The notes: generated from the sequence alone by a model not told the origin. A stretch of DNA of 64,000 nucleotides from Candidatus Limnocylindrales bacterium (GCA_044449785.1 JBIOII010000001.1:11231-75230), one strand, 5' to 3'. Positions 1-10,600 are shown, counted from the first letter of the stretch. Program-made: numbers and translations.

Positions 1-1717
1 AGCGAGCCAGGCGCCGGGCCCGGACCTCGTCGCGGCGCCGATGCCAATAGCGACAGCGCTGGAGAATGCCCACTACCCCGAGACATTCGCCGCCCGCGAT
101 GCGGCGCTGAGTAGACTCGGCTTCGACGAGTTGCTGGCTCTCCAGATCGGCATGGTTGCCCGCGACAGGGCCCGGCGGGCCCGGGTCGGCGTCCCGCTGG
201 AGGTACCCGAGTCTCGGTTCCGGCACGCCGTCGAAGCCGTGGAGGCTGCGCTGACCGAACAGGTCCGGGCCCGAACCGGAGCGGAGGAAGCCGCGCGCCT
301 CACCGACGACCAGGCCGCTGCTGTGGCCGCCGTGGCCGCCGACCTGGGCGGCACGAGACCGATGATGAGGCTGCTCCAGGGCGACGTCGGGTCCGGCAAG
401 ACCGCCGTGGCCGCCCTGGCACTGGCCTTCGTGGCCGACGCGGGCCGGCAGGGGGCGCTCCTGGCTCCGACGGATCTCCTCGCCAGGCAGCATGTCGTGG
501 CGCTGCGCAGGCTCGTCGAGCCGCTCGGCCATGGCGTGACGTTGTTGACGGGCACACTTCCGGCGGCCGAACGTCGAGCCGCGCTGGAACTGCTCGCGGC
601 TCCGGCGGCCGGCAACGGTCTGCTTGGGCTCACCGCCGGACGGATCGTCGTCGGGACCCACGCTCTGGTGCAGGAGTCCGTCAACTTCGCCGACCTGGCG
701 CTAGCCGTCGTCGACGAGCAGCACCGCTTCGGCGTCGCTCAGCGCGAGGCTCTCGGCGCCAAAGGCCGATCGCCGCACGTACTACTGATGACCGCTACCC
801 CGATCCCGCGGACCCTCGGGCAGATTCTGCTGGCCGATCTTGACGTATCCGACCTGCGTTCGCTCCCGGCGGGGCGGATCGGCATCAGGACCGGGATCCG
901 GCGGACCGAGGACCTGGCCGGCGCCGCCGCCGATCCGTCGCGCGGCGCCTATCCATTGATCGTTCGCGAGGTACACGCCGGCCACCGGGGTTTCGTCGTG
1001 GTGCCGCTCGTGGAGGAGGACGAGGAGACGGCCGCTCGCTCGGCGGACGAGGTAGCCGCAGCCCTGCCTCTCCGGCTCGCCACCGCCGCCGAGCGGCTGG
1101 GCTTGCCGGCCGAACCGGCGGCGCGCGTGGGCGTCGTCCACGGTCAGATGAAGGCTGCGGCGCGCGACGCGACGATGGACCGGTTCCGCCGCGGCGAGCT
1201 GGACGTGCTCGTAGGCACGACCGTCCTCGAGGTCGGCGTGGACGTTCCCGAAGCCACGGTCATGCTGATCCTCGACGCCGATCGCTTCGGTCTCGCCCAG
1301 CTGCATCAGCTGCGTGGCCGCGTCGGCCGGGGGGAGGCCCAGGCCTACTGCATCCTCGTATCCGACTCGGCCGATGCCACTGCCCGCGCCCGACTCGAGG
1401 CCCTGGCAACGCACACCGACGGCTTCGAGCTGGCCGAGATGGATCTCGAGCTGCGTCGCGAGGGTGAGCTGCTCGGCCTGCACCAGAGCGGTCTGCCGAC
1501 GTTGCGCATCGCATCGCTCCGCGACAAGCGCGACCGCGAGCGTGCCGCCCAGGCCCGCAACATCGCCGAGAGACTCGTAGACGGTGCGGGCGCGCTGAGG
1601 CCCGGTCACGAGGCTCTGGCGACCGAGTTGAGGACCGGCTGGCTGGCCCGAGTTGGGGCGGGCGAGGTCCTGGCAGACATCCCGTCCGACGACGGCGAGG
1701 CGGCACGTGATGCCTGA
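1..1717 (+). CDS. recG: ATP-dependent DNA helicase RecG, C-terminal about 560 aa; the 5' end lies upstream of the window
   Basis: Superfamily-2 helicase motifs are present: Walker A GDVGSGKT, DEQHRFGV, LLMTATPIPRTL and the C-terminal helicase motif QLRGRVGRG. Only the helicase core is present; the N-terminal wedge domain is missing, so the gene begins before position 1. The first in-frame Met in the window is at 41. Confidence 0.9.
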   Translation, partial: ASQAPGPDLVAAPMPIATALENAHYPETFAARDAALSRLGFDELLALQIGMVARDRARRARVGVPLEVPESRFRHAVEAVEAALTEQVRARTGAEEAARLTDDQAAAVAAVAADLGGTRPMMRLLQGDVGSGKTAVAALALAFVADAGRQGALLAPTDLLARQHVVALRRLVEPLGHGVTLLTGTLPAAERRAALELLAAPAAGNGLLGLTAGRIVVGTHALVQESVNFADLALAVVDEQHRFGVAQREALGAKGRSPHVLLMTATPIPRTLGQILLADLDVSDLRSLPAGRIGIRTGIRRTEDLAGAAADPSRGAYPLIVREVHAGHRGFVVVPLVEEDEETAARSADEVAAALPLRLATAAERLGLPAEPAARVGVVHGQMKAAARDATMDRFRRGELDVLVGTTVLEVGVDVPEATVMLILDADRFGLAQLHQLRGRVGRGEAQAYCILVSDSADATARARLEALATHTDGFELAEMDLELRREGELLGLHQSGLPTLRIASLRDKRDRERAAQARNIAERLVDGAGALRPGHEALATELRTGWLARVGAGEVLADIPSDDGEAARDA

Positions 1718-2360
1718 CGCCGGCCGGGTCATCGCCGGATCGGCCCGTGGAGTCCGGCTCCGCGGCTCCGGTGAAGGGACGAGGCCCTTCGCGGACCGTG
1801 TGAAGGAGACGCTCTTCGCCATTCTGGAGCCATATCTGGCGGGCGCCAACGTGCTGGACCTGTTCGCCGGGTCGGGGGCGGGCGGCATCGAGGCCCTGTC
1901 GCGCGGGGCGGCGAGCGCCACCTTCGTGGAGCGGGACGCCGACGCCGCGAAGGTCATCGCCGAGAACCTGGTCCGGGCCCGCCTGTCGGAACGGGGCCGT
2001 GTCGTCCGCGCGGACGTCCTGTCCTACCTCGGAGACCGTGCCCGCGCCGACGGGCCGTTCGACGTGGTTCTGATCGATCCACCGTACGCCGAGGCGGCCC
2101 TGATCGGGGCCACTCTGTCGCGGCTCGGGACGGCGGATCCGGCCCTCGTGACGCCCGGCGCCTGGATCGTGGCCAAGCACTTCTGGCGAACGCCTCCCCC
2201 GGAGGTCGCCGGGCTGCTAGCATCCGTCAGGAACCGCCGCTTCGGAGAGACCGCCCTGACGTTCTACCGTCGGGCGGACTCCTCGCTCCGGCGCGGGCAG
2301 TCGGTCGAGGACGTCACGCCGGATCGATCGCCGGCGGGGCCCGAGGAGGCAGCCAGGTGA
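1710..2360 (+). CDS. rsmD: 16S rRNA (guanine966-N2)-methyltransferase RsmD
   Basis: Contains the RsmD N-terminal RVIAGSARG motif and LDLFAGSGAGGIEALSRGA, and the DPPY catalytic motif (VVLIDPPYA). The ATG at 1710 overlaps the recG stop by 8 nt. Confidence 0.85.
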   Translation: MPDAGRVIAGSARGVRLRGSGEGTRPFADRVKETLFAILEPYLAGANVLDLFAGSGAGGIEALSRGAASATFVERDADAAKVIAENLVRARLSERGRVVRADVLSYLGDRARADGPFDVVLIDPPYAEAALIGATLSRLGTADPALVTPGAWIVAKHFWRTPPPEVAGLLASVRNRRFGETALTFYRRADSSLRRGQSVEDVTPDRSPAGPEEAAR

Positions 2361-2857
2361 AGATCGCCGTCTACCCGGGTTCGTTCGACCCGATCACATA
2401 CGGCCACCTCGACGTCGTCGCGCGAGCCGCCCTGGTATTCGATCGCGTCGTTCTCGCGGTGCTGGTCAATTTCCAGAAGGCGCCGACTCTCTCGACCGAC
2501 GACCGCTTGGCCGCCATCAGAGAAGCGGTGGACGAATGCTGCCCGGCCGAAGTTGCCGCGCGGGTCGAAATCGAGTCGTTCGACGGTCTGACGGTCGATT
2601 TCTGCCGCCGTCGCAAGGCAACCTTTGTCGTGCGAGGCCTGCGGGCGATCTCCGATTTCGAATCTGAGCTGCAGATGGCACACACCAATCGCAAGCTCGC
2701 CCCGGAGGTAGACACGGTCTTCTTCATGACAGCTCTCGAGCACAGCTACCTCAGCTCGAGCCTCGTCAAGGAGATCGCGGCTTTCGGCGGCGACGTGACT
2801 CAAATGGTGCCACCGTCCGTCGCCAAACGTCTGGCGGCGCCGGGACGAGGTCTATAA
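2357..2857 (+). CDS. coaD: phosphopantetheine adenylyltransferase
   Basis: N-terminus MKIAVYPGSFDPITYGHLDVV carries the nucleotidyltransferase HxGH motif. Length is 166 aa. GTG start overlaps the rsmD stop. Confidence 0.9.
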   Translation: MKIAVYPGSFDPITYGHLDVVARAALVFDRVVLAVLVNFQKAPTLSTDDRLAAIREAVDECCPAEVAARVEIESFDGLTVDFCRRRKATFVVRGLRAISDFESELQMAHTNRKLAPEVDTVFFMTALEHSYLSSSLVKEIAAFGGDVTQMVPPSVAKRLAAPGRGL

Positions 2858-2945
2858 TCCGAGCCAACCGGCAGCCCTTGCTACCTGCCCCAGGAGGGCC
2901 CGACCGATCGACATCATCGTCCTGATCGAGCGCCTCGAAGCGCTC

Positions 2946-3458
2946 GTGGCGAATGGCAGGAAGCTCCCGCTCACAAACAGCGTGATCATCGACCAGGCGG
3001 ATGCCCTCGAATGGATCGATCAGCTTCGGGTGACTATCCCCGAGGAGATCAAGTCTGCCCGGCGCGTGACCAACGAGGTCGAGCGGCTGCTCGAACAGGC
3101 GCGCGAGGAAGCCGAGCAGATCCTGGCCCGGGCGCAGGAGCAGGCTACGTACCTCATCGAGGAGCGTGAGCTGACGCGCCAGGCCGAGGAGCTGAGCCAC
3201 GAGATCATTCGCCAGGCCCAGGTGGAAGGCGACGAGGTCCGGCGCGGCGCCGATGACTACGCGTCCGAGGTCCTGGTCGGTCTCGAGACACAGGTGATGC
3301 GCACCCTGAGGACGATCAAGAGCGGCTTGGAACTGCTCGACGATCGACGCTCGGCCGCCACGGCAGATGCCGCTTCGACCGAGGCCATGGCGAGCGACGG
3401 CCAAGGAGACGTCGACGAATACGACGAATCGGACGCGGGTGAACCGGTCCGCGGCTGA
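2946..3458 (+). CDS. hypothetical coiled-coil protein (ATP-synthase-b-like heptad region followed by an acidic tail)
   Basis: ORF of 170 aa rich in E, R, Q and L with heptad periodicity (EVERLLEQAREEAEQILARAQEQATYLIEERELTRQAEEL) and a C-terminal D/E-rich tail. Positioned between coaD and yceD. I could assign no function. Confidence 0.5.
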   Translation: MANGRKLPLTNSVIIDQADALEWIDQLRVTIPEEIKSARRVTNEVERLLEQAREEAEQILARAQEQATYLIEERELTRQAEELSHEIIRQAQVEGDEVRRGADDYASEVLVGLETQVMRTLRTIKSGLELLDDRRSAATADAASTEAMASDGQGDVDEYDESDAGEPVRG

Positions 3459-3996
3459 CGATCTCGTCTTCAACGTCGCCGGGCTGCTAGCGGAGCCGGC
3501 TGGGTCCGTCCGGGACTTCGTCGTTGCGGTCGCACCGCTGGACCTCGGGCCGGACCTGCGCCAGCTTCGCGACATCGAAGGGGAGTTGCGGCTGACCCGG
3601 ACCAACCGCGGTCTTCTGGTGACGGGCCGTCTGACCACGGCGATCGAGCAGACCTGTAGCCGCTGCCTGGGCGAGATCGAATGGCCGGTTGAGATCGAGC
3701 TCGAAGAAGAGGCACTGCCGAGCCTGGACTTCATCACGGGGCTGCCCGTCGATATGGCCGACGAGCCGGACGCCCTCCGCCTGACGGACCACCACGAGTT
3801 GGACCTCGAGGGCGAGGTCCGCGACTGGATCGTCCTCGCCGAACCCATAGCGCCGGTATGTCGCGACGACTGCCCCGGCCTGTGCATCGAGTGCGGTGAG
3901 GAGCTGGCAAGCGGTCCGCACCACCACGCCGGCGACGAGATCGATCCCCGGCTGGAGACGTTGCGCGGTTTCGTCGAGGCTTCGGAGCGCGACTGA
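3439..3996 (+). CDS. yceD: YceD/DUF177 family protein (large-ribosomal-subunit accumulation protein), encoded upstream of rpmF
   Basis: Two Cys pairs, CSRCLGE...CRDDCPGLCIECGEEL, typical of DUF177. Conserved yceD-rpmF-plsX synteny. Start taken as GTG at 3439; the ORF track opens at 3367 and overlaps the preceding ORF. Confidence 0.8.
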   Translation: MNRSAADDLVFNVAGLLAEPAGSVRDFVVAVAPLDLGPDLRQLRDIEGELRLTRTNRGLLVTGRLTTAIEQTCSRCLGEIEWPVEIELEEEALPSLDFITGLPVDMADEPDALRLTDHHELDLEGEVRDWIVLAEPIAPVCRDDCPGLCIECGEELASGPHHHAGDEIDPRLETLRGFVEASERD

Positions 3997-4203
3997 AGCC
4001 GTCGCCGGGCCGATCGCTCGGACTCGGGACCGCGTCGTGCCGGCTCACGATGACAGTCAGCCGCGGAACCGCTAAACTCCCGCCTCGGCCCCATGCGCGA
4101 GGTATGCTTTGCCGTACCCGTCACGGATCGGATCACCGCGCCCCGGCGCCTTCCCGGCCCAGCCATCTGGCCACGCGCCGGAGCGAAAGGAGTAATCAGT
4201 TCA

Positions 4204-4404
4204 ATGGGTGTTCCAAAGAGGAGAGTCTCGCACGCCCGTCAGGGTGATCGCCGCGCTCACCACGCGATAACGGTCCCGCACCTGGAGCCGTGTCCGCATT
4301 GCCACCAACCCAAGCAGGTGCACCATGCCTGCCCGGTTTGCGGCTTCTACGCCGGCCGGCCCACGGTCGAGATCAAGCAGGAAAAGCCGCAGCAGCCGGC
4401 CTGA
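4204..4404 (+). CDS. rpmF: 50S ribosomal protein L32
   Basis: MGVPKRRVSHARQGDRRAHH...CPHCHQPKQVHHACPVCGFY with the Zn-ribbon C4 motif. ATG at 4204; the ORF track opens earlier at 4093. Confidence 0.9.
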   Translation: MGVPKRRVSHARQGDRRAHHAITVPHLEPCPHCHQPKQVHHACPVCGFYAGRPTVEIKQEKPQQPA

Positions 4405-4408
4405 GCCG

Positions 4409-5464
4409 GTGGATTTGAGCACGGTTCGCCCGGTCAGCGATGGCTCCGTCCGCGTCGCCGTCGACGCGATGGGCGGCGATCATGCACCTCTGGAAGTGGT
4501 CGCCGGAACGCTGGCCTGGGCGCGAGCCCACCCGGCCGATGCCGTGCTGCTCGTGGGCATACCGGAGCGGATCCGGGCCGTGGCCGACGGGCCAATGCCG
4601 TCCAACGTCGAGATCGTAGCCGCGAGCCAGGTCGTGGAGATGGACGAGTCGCCGGCGCTGGCATTGAAGGCCAAGAGGGACTCGTCGATCATGGTCGCGA
4701 TGGACCTGGTCAAGCAAGGTCGCGCCGACGCGCTGGTCACGGCGGGCCATTCGGGCGCCGGGATGGCCGCCGCGGTCCTGCGGCTGGGCCGCCTCCCGGG
4801 CGTGGACCGGCCGGCGCTCGCCGTCCAGATGGTGACCGAGACCGGTCCCTTCGTGCTCCTCGACATCGGCGCGAACATGGACTCGAGCGGACTCAACCTT
4901 TACCAGTTCGCCCACATGGGATCGCTCTACGCCGAGAGAGTCCTGGGTGTCAACAAGCCACGCGTGGCGCTGCTTTCGATCGGCGAGGAGAAGGGAAAGG
5001 GCGATCAGGCAGTCCAACTGGCGACGCAGTTGCTCGACGACGACGGCAGCCTCAACTTCATCGGCAATGTCGAGGGCCGGGATCTTGTAAAGCATCTGGC
5101 GGACGTCGCCGTTTGCGATGCCATGGTCGGCAACGTCACGATGAAGTTTTTCGAGGGTCTGGCCACGTTCATCGCCAATCTGTGGCGGCGCGAGTTCAGT
5201 CGCCGGCCGCTGGGCCCGATCGGCTACCTCTTTATGAAGCCGGGCGCCGATCGTATACGCAGCCTCTTCGACTACGAGAAGCTCGGCGCGTCGCCGCTCC
5301 TCGGGGTCAAGGGCATGGTCTTGATCACACACGGCTCGGCCAAGCGCAGGATGTTCGAGTTCGCTCTCGAAGCCGGGGCCGCGGCTGCGCGAGCCCACAT
5401 TCCGGAGCTGATCGCAGACGCGTTCCGCGGCCAGCCGCGCCGTCCCGAACAAACGGCGCGGTAA
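4409..5464 (+). CDS. plsX: phosphate acyltransferase PlsX
   Basis: VRVAVDAMGGDHAPLEVVAGTLAWA is the PlsX N-terminal signature. About 350 aa. GTG at 4409 lies immediately after the rpmF stop, consistent with an rpmF-plsX operon. Confidence 0.9.
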   Translation: MDLSTVRPVSDGSVRVAVDAMGGDHAPLEVVAGTLAWARAHPADAVLLVGIPERIRAVADGPMPSNVEIVAASQVVEMDESPALALKAKRDSSIMVAMDLVKQGRADALVTAGHSGAGMAAAVLRLGRLPGVDRPALAVQMVTETGPFVLLDIGANMDSSGLNLYQFAHMGSLYAERVLGVNKPRVALLSIGEEKGKGDQAVQLATQLLDDDGSLNFIGNVEGRDLVKHLADVAVCDAMVGNVTMKFFEGLATFIANLWRREFSRRPLGPIGYLFMKPGADRIRSLFDYEKLGASPLLGVKGMVLITHGSAKRRMFEFALEAGAAAARAHIPELIADAFRGQPRRPEQTAR

Positions 5465-5468
5465 CGCC

Positions 5469-5822
5469 ATGACCGCGCCGCAGCCATCGAATCCGTCCCC
5501 GCCGCTGATGCCCGATCCTCTGACCGTCAGCCACTCCGTCGTGGTCGAGATGGTCCGAGTGGCTGCTCTGGAGGTCCCCGGCGTACTCAAGGTCGGCCGT
5601 GGCGGACCGCTGGCCTGGCTCGGCGGTTCACCGGTTCGGGCGCGAGTGGGCGACGGCAAAGTCTCTGTCCGAGTCTGGATAATTGCCCGCCCCGGCCATG
5701 CCCTCGGCCCGCTGGCCGCGCAGGTCCGTCAGGCAGTCGGCGCGACGGTGGAGCGGCTGCTGGGCCTTGAGCTCGGCGAGGTCACGGTCGTCGTCGATGG
5801 GGTGGGGGGCTGGGGCAAGTGA
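5469..5822 (+). CDS. Asp23/Gls24 family envelope stress protein (alkaline shock protein 23-like, DUF322)
   Basis: 117 aa with LTVSHSVVVEMVRVAALEVPGV...VTVVVDGV, typical of Asp23. Paired with nusB, as yqhY-nusB is in Firmicutes. Confidence 0.8.
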   Translation: MTAPQPSNPSPPLMPDPLTVSHSVVVEMVRVAALEVPGVLKVGRGGPLAWLGGSPVRARVGDGKVSVRVWIIARPGHALGPLAAQVRQAVGATVERLLGLELGEVTVVVDGVGGWGK

Positions 5823-6319
5823 CCCCGCTCGCGGACGGCACGGGCTCGGGAGCGCACCATGTCCGGGGCGCAACGGACGAGGCCCGTTCGCATGGTTTGG
5901 GCCGCCGGCTGGCGCTGGCGGCGCTCTTCGAGGCCGAGTTCGGCCAGCGCACTGCCGCCGCGATTCTCGAGCGCCATCTCGCTGAAGCAGCCGCCGACGC
6001 CGCCACCGCGGACTTCGCCCGTGAGCTCGTCGCGAGCGTCATTGAGGATCGCGAGTGGATCGACGCGACGATCGAACGTCTCGCCCCTCAATACCCCGTG
6101 GTTCAGCTCGCCAAAATGGATCGGAGTCTGCTGCGTAGCGGCATCGGCGAGGTGCTACACTCCGGCACGCCGTCCCGGGTGGCGATCGCTGAATGGGTCG
6201 AGCTGGCTCGCACGTATAGTGGCGAACCGGCTCGGCGTCTCGTCAACGGTGTACTCGGGCGGATCACTCGCGACTCCGAAGCCGGTGCGCACCGCGCCCC
6301 GGAGCCGGGGCCGCAGTAA
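5819..6319 (+). CDS. nusB: transcription antitermination factor NusB
   Basis: [13 protein letters not shown]...[19 protein letters not shown] matches the NusB fold signature. GTG start overlaps the Asp23 stop. Confidence 0.85.
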   Translation: MTPLADGTGSGAHHVRGATDEARSHGLGRRLALAALFEAEFGQRTAAAILERHLAEAAADAATADFARELVASVIEDREWIDATIERLAPQYPVVQLAKMDRSLLRSGIGEVLHSGTPSRVAIAEWVELARTYSGEPARRLVNGVLGRITRDSEAGAHRAPEPGPQ

Positions 6320-6357
6320 CCGTCAATTGCAAGCCCAGGAACCCGAGGAGGGCGTCA

Positions 6358-6594
6358 GTGGCCACTACCTACGAGCGACTCAAGAAGATCGTCGTCGAGC
6401 AGCTCGGCGTCGACGAGGATGAGGTCAAGCCTGAAGCCTCGTTCGTCGACGATCTGAACGCCGATTCGCTGGACCTCGTCGAGCTGATCATGAGCCTCGA
6501 GGAAGAGTTCGGCACCGAGATCTCCGACGAAGATGCCGAGAAGATCCGGACCGTGCAGGACGCCGTCGACTACATCGACGAGCACGCGGCCTAG
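6358..6594 (+). CDS. acpP: acyl carrier protein
   Basis: 78 aa with the [21 protein letters not shown] phosphopantetheine-attachment motif (DSL). Confidence 0.9.
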   Translation: MATTYERLKKIVVEQLGVDEDEVKPEASFVDDLNADSLDLVELIMSLEEEFGTEISDEDAEKIRTVQDAVDYIDEHAA

Positions 6595-6609
6595 CCCGCG
6601 ACCTGACTG

Positions 6610-7542
6610 ATGCGCCCCGCTGCCGCTCTCGTCGAGCGGCTGGGGCTCCCGGTCCGTGACCTCGCCCTGCTTCAGCAGGCACTGATCCACAGCAGCTATC
6701 TGCACGAGCATCGGGACCTGGCCGCCGGCCATAACGAGCGCCTGGAATTCCTGGGCGACTCGGTTGTGAGTCTGGCCATTTCGGACGCCCTCTATCGTCG
6801 CCATCCTGACGACGACGAGGGCGTTCTCTCCGCCCGGAGAGCCTCGATCGTGAGTACGGCCGGTCTGGCCCGTCTGGCCGGCCGGCTTGAGCTCGGCGAG
6901 TATCTGCTGCTCGGTGAGGGCGAATCGCAGCGTGGCGGCCGCCGTCGGCCCGCACTGCTCGCGTCGGCCTTCGAGGCCTTAGTCGGCGCCATCTACCTGG
7001 ATCTTGGTTTTGACGCCGCCAGCGGGTTCGTGACAGCCCTTGCCGCACCCGAGCTGACCAGCGATCGTCCGCTCGGGTCTTTGAAGAGCCCCAAGAGCCG
7101 GCTCCAGGAATACACCCAGCGGTTGACCGGCGAGCGGCCGCAATACCGCGTCCTCGATGCAGTGGGCCCTGATCACGACAAGGTCTTCCGGGTCGAAGTC
7201 GCCATCGGCGGGCGGGTTATCGGGGCTGGTGAAGGCCATTCGCGCCGACTGGCCGAGACCGACGCAGCCGCCCACGGCATCGAGGAGTTGAGGCGGACCT
7301 CTGGTGAATCCGAGTCCGGAACCGGCGCTGCCCCGGAGCTGGCTGAGTTTCCCGCGGACGAGCCCGACGACGTCCCGATTGATTGGGGCGAGTCGCAAGG
7401 GAGCGCCGGCGGGCAAGCTGAGCCCTGGACCGAGATCGACATCGAAGTGCTCGGCATCGCTCGAGAGGCCGATCTTCCGAGTGGTAGCTCGGAGCGCGGC
7501 TCCGCCGAGGCCAGGAAGCGATCGGGAGGAAAGCGGCGATGA
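6610..7542 (+). CDS. rnc: ribonuclease III with a C-terminal acidic/low-complexity extension of about 80 aa
   Basis: RNase III signature ERLEFLGDSVVSLAISDALY, and a dsRBD (RLQEYTQRLTGERPQYRVLDAVGPDHDKVFRVEVAIGGRVIGAGEGHSRRLAE). At 310 aa it is longer than typical RNase III; the extra length is an acidic tail followed by a basic KRSGGKRR end. Confidence 0.9.
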   Translation: MRPAAALVERLGLPVRDLALLQQALIHSSYLHEHRDLAAGHNERLEFLGDSVVSLAISDALYRRHPDDDEGVLSARRASIVSTAGLARLAGRLELGEYLLLGEGESQRGGRRRPALLASAFEALVGAIYLDLGFDAASGFVTALAAPELTSDRPLGSLKSPKSRLQEYTQRLTGERPQYRVLDAVGPDHDKVFRVEVAIGGRVIGAGEGHSRRLAETDAAAHGIEELRRTSGESESGTGAAPELAEFPADEPDDVPIDWGESQGSAGGQAEPWTEIDIEVLGIAREADLPSGSSERGSAEARKRSGGKRR

Positions 7543-7612
7543 TCCGGCACCGGAGCGGTGGCCGGCCCAACCACCCGCCCTCAGACGCCGAACGCCCAGC
7601 CGGTACGCGTAA

Positions 7613-10600
7613 GTGACCGCGCCGGCGCGCCTGCTGGCCCTGCGGCTGCAGGGCTTCAAGTCGTTTGGCGAACGAACGCTGGTCGAGTTCGGACCGGGGA
7701 TAAGCGCCGTCGTCGGACCGAACGGCTCGGGCAAGAGCAATCTAGCGGACGCCTTGCGCTGGGCGCTCGGCGAGCAGGGCCGGGCGCTCCGACTGCGCAA
7801 ATCGGAAGACGTCATCTTTGCCGGATCTGAGAAACGATCCGCCCTCGGCATGGCCGACGTCACCCTGGTCTTCGGCAACTCGGATCGACTGCTGCCGATC
7901 GACTACGAAACGGTCGAGCTGGGACGGCGTCTCTTTCGGTCGGGTGAGAACGACTACTTGCTCAATCGCCAGCGTGTTCGGCTCAAGGACCTGGTGGATC
8001 TCCTCGACTCGGCCCACCTGGCCGACAATGCGTTTCTCTTCATCGGCCAGGGCATGGTCGACCAGGCGCTGGCGTTGCGACCCGAGGAACGCCGGCCGCT
8101 CTTCGAGGAGGTTGCCGGCGTCAGGCGCCATGAACGACGAAAGGCCAAGGCCGAGGATCAGCTGCTCGAGGCCGATGCGAATCTGGCCCGGATCGAGGAC
8201 GTTCTCGCGGAGCTGCGGCCCCAGTCCCGACGGCTGGCCGCACAGGCCGAGCAGCAGGCCTCTCGTCAGACGGCGGGCCGCGAGTTCGGGCGGGCGATCA
8301 TCGCCCTGGCACGAGGCCGCTGGTCGGAAGCCGCGGGCCGCGAGCGCGAGGCCGCCGTGGACCTTTCAAGCGGACGCGGCCAGATCGACGCCGCCCTGTC
8401 GACTCTCCGCGGGTCCGAGGAGGCGGCTGCCGCGATCGCGCGTGAGCTGGCGTCGGGCTCGGAGACGGAGGCGGACCTGCGGGCGGCCCACGAGGCCGTG
8501 CGGGCACACTTGATCGAACTCCAATTGCGCGACGCCCGTGCGTTGTCTGACGTCGCCGCCGCCCAGCGCGACCGCCAACGCCTCGAGGCGGAGCTTGCGG
8601 CCGCGGAGGCCGATCTCGCGGTGCAACGGCGCGAGCAGGCGGCGCCGGTTCCGGCGCGCGACCTTGCCCTCGCGGCTGCGGTTGCCGAGGCCGAGCGATC
8701 CTTGACCGAAGCGCTCGGGGAGCTGGGTGCGATGCGCGCGGCACAGCAGGCCGAGGGCGAGGCGCTCGCCGCGCTCCGACGTGTGGAAGCGGCCCGCGCG
8801 GCCGAGATCGAGACGGCCAGACGCATGCTCGCCGAAGCCGAGCGGGCCGCCGCCGATGAACGCGCCCAATCGATCGACGCCGACCGCCGGCTCGCGGATG
8901 CCGAGGAGGCATGCGCCGGCCCGCGGACCGCGCTGGCAAATGCGATCGAGACCGAGAAAGCGGCGGTGGCAGCCCGCGAGGCAGCCCGGGCAGAATTGGA
9001 GGGTAGAGAAGGGGCACGGCAGACGTCGGCGGAGAAAGCGGCCGCCGCGTCGAGCAAGGTTGCCGGACTGCGCGGCCGGCTGGAAGCTCTTGGGACGCGG
9101 CTGGGCGAAGAGGAGAGCCGCGGCATCTCAAAGGCCGCGCGCCGGGCTGGCGGCCGATCCCTGTCGGAAGGGCTGGAGGTCGAAGCCGGTTTCCGAGTGG
9201 CAGTGGAAGCGGCGCTTGGCGAGGCGCTGCGCGGGTACGTCGTCGGGCTCGAGGCCGCGCTGGGCCTCGACGGGCAGCGCGGCGTGCTCATCCTCGACGC
9301 GGCCGGCGACGAAGGCCGGAGGGCAAGTGGCGGTCGTGACGGACGCGACCACTCCGAGGCCGACTGCGAAACGGCGACGGCTGCGGCATCGGGCGAGGGC
9401 GGCGGACGCCTCACCGATGCGATTCGGGTGGATCCTGTCGGCGCAGCGACGCGCTTGCTGGCTCGCTCGATCTGGGTGCCCGACCTCACCGCTGCGCTCA
9501 CCGTTCGAGCGAAGCTGCCGGCCGGCTGGGTCGCGGTTACGCGGGACGGGGCCGTCGTGACCTCGCTCGGCGTGGTGAGCATGGGCAGGGCCGAGTCGTT
9601 GCTCGAACGCCGGGCGGAGCTCGAGCGGCTCTCCGACGACGTGGCGAGGCTGGATGCCGACTCCGGCCTGGCGGCCACCGAGGCGGCGGAGATGAACAGG
9701 GCAGCGGCCTCGGGCCGCGGCGCGCTCGACGACGCGCGAGCGACAGAACGGAAGGCGACGAACGCGCGTCATGACGCCGAGGAGGCAGAGCGGCGCGTGA
9801 CCCGGGCGCTCGAAAGCGCGGCTCGGGAGGCGGCGTGGCGTTCGGCGCAGGCGGCCCGGCTCGAGGCGGATCGCGATCGACTCGCGGCAACCGTGCGCGT
9901 ACAGACCCCGGGACCGGCTGCTGCCAGGCCCGGTTCCAGTGCCGAATCCACGGCCGGCGGTGCTGCCCAAGACTCACCAGGATCGGCGTCTTCTCCGGAT
10001 CCCGCGGAACAGAGGGACGAGGCGCTGCGCGAGTGGGAGGCCAGGGCGGCATCTCTCCGAGCGCGCCGAGACGGGCTTGCAGCGGAGGATGCGTCGCTGG
10101 AGGCGGTTCGGCGCGAAGTGGAGGCGCGCCGGGCCCGCGCTTCGGCCGCCGCGAACCTCGACCAGGAGCGGATTGCCGGCCTCGAGCACCAGACGTCCGA
10201 GCTGGCCGGTCGAGAACAGAAGATGGGGGCGGAACGCGAGGGGTTGGGCGAGGAGCTGGCAGCCGCGGGGCTGCGAGAAGCTTCGCTCCGGGCAGACCTC
10301 GATGCGCTGCGAACCGCAGCATCTGCGGCGCGAACCAGGCTGGCCGAAGCTGAAGTGTCCGCGGCGCATGCTCGCGACCGTCTGCGCATCTGCCAGGAGC
10401 GAGTCCGGCGCGCCGAGGTGGCTGAGTTAGAGGCGCGCCTGGCCCTGGACTCGATCCGTGAGCAGGTCCTCGTCGAACTGGCGGGCCTGGGCAATCTCGG
10501 CGTTCGGCTGCTCGTCGAGGAGACGAACCTGAACGCCGAACGGGCCGACATCGGTGCCTTTGACCGCCAGGGGAGGTCGTCCGTAGACGGAGAGTCGTGG

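Noticed and set aside
2858-3001. An apparent 1-nt inconsistency between the displayed sequence and the ORF track near the start of the 2946-3458 ORF (the GTG appears at 2945 by my count, and the D-A-L codons near 3000 read as if an extra A were present).
   Set aside because: Coordinates on both sides (coaD end 2857; minus-strand ORF end 3020; yceD GTG 3439) agree with the track. I treat this as a possible miscount of my own rather than a biological frameshift, and used the track coordinates.
2766-4166. A long minus-strand ORF of 466 aa overlapping coaD, yceD and rpmF. Similar long antisense ORFs occur at 4373-5659, 8266-9678, 9769-11379, 31371-32666, 37398-38939, 39152-40543 and 58730-60385.
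   Set aside because: These are R/S/P/A/G-rich translations typical of out-of-frame reading of about 70% GC DNA. They lie antisense to well-supported conserved genes and carry no recognisable motifs.
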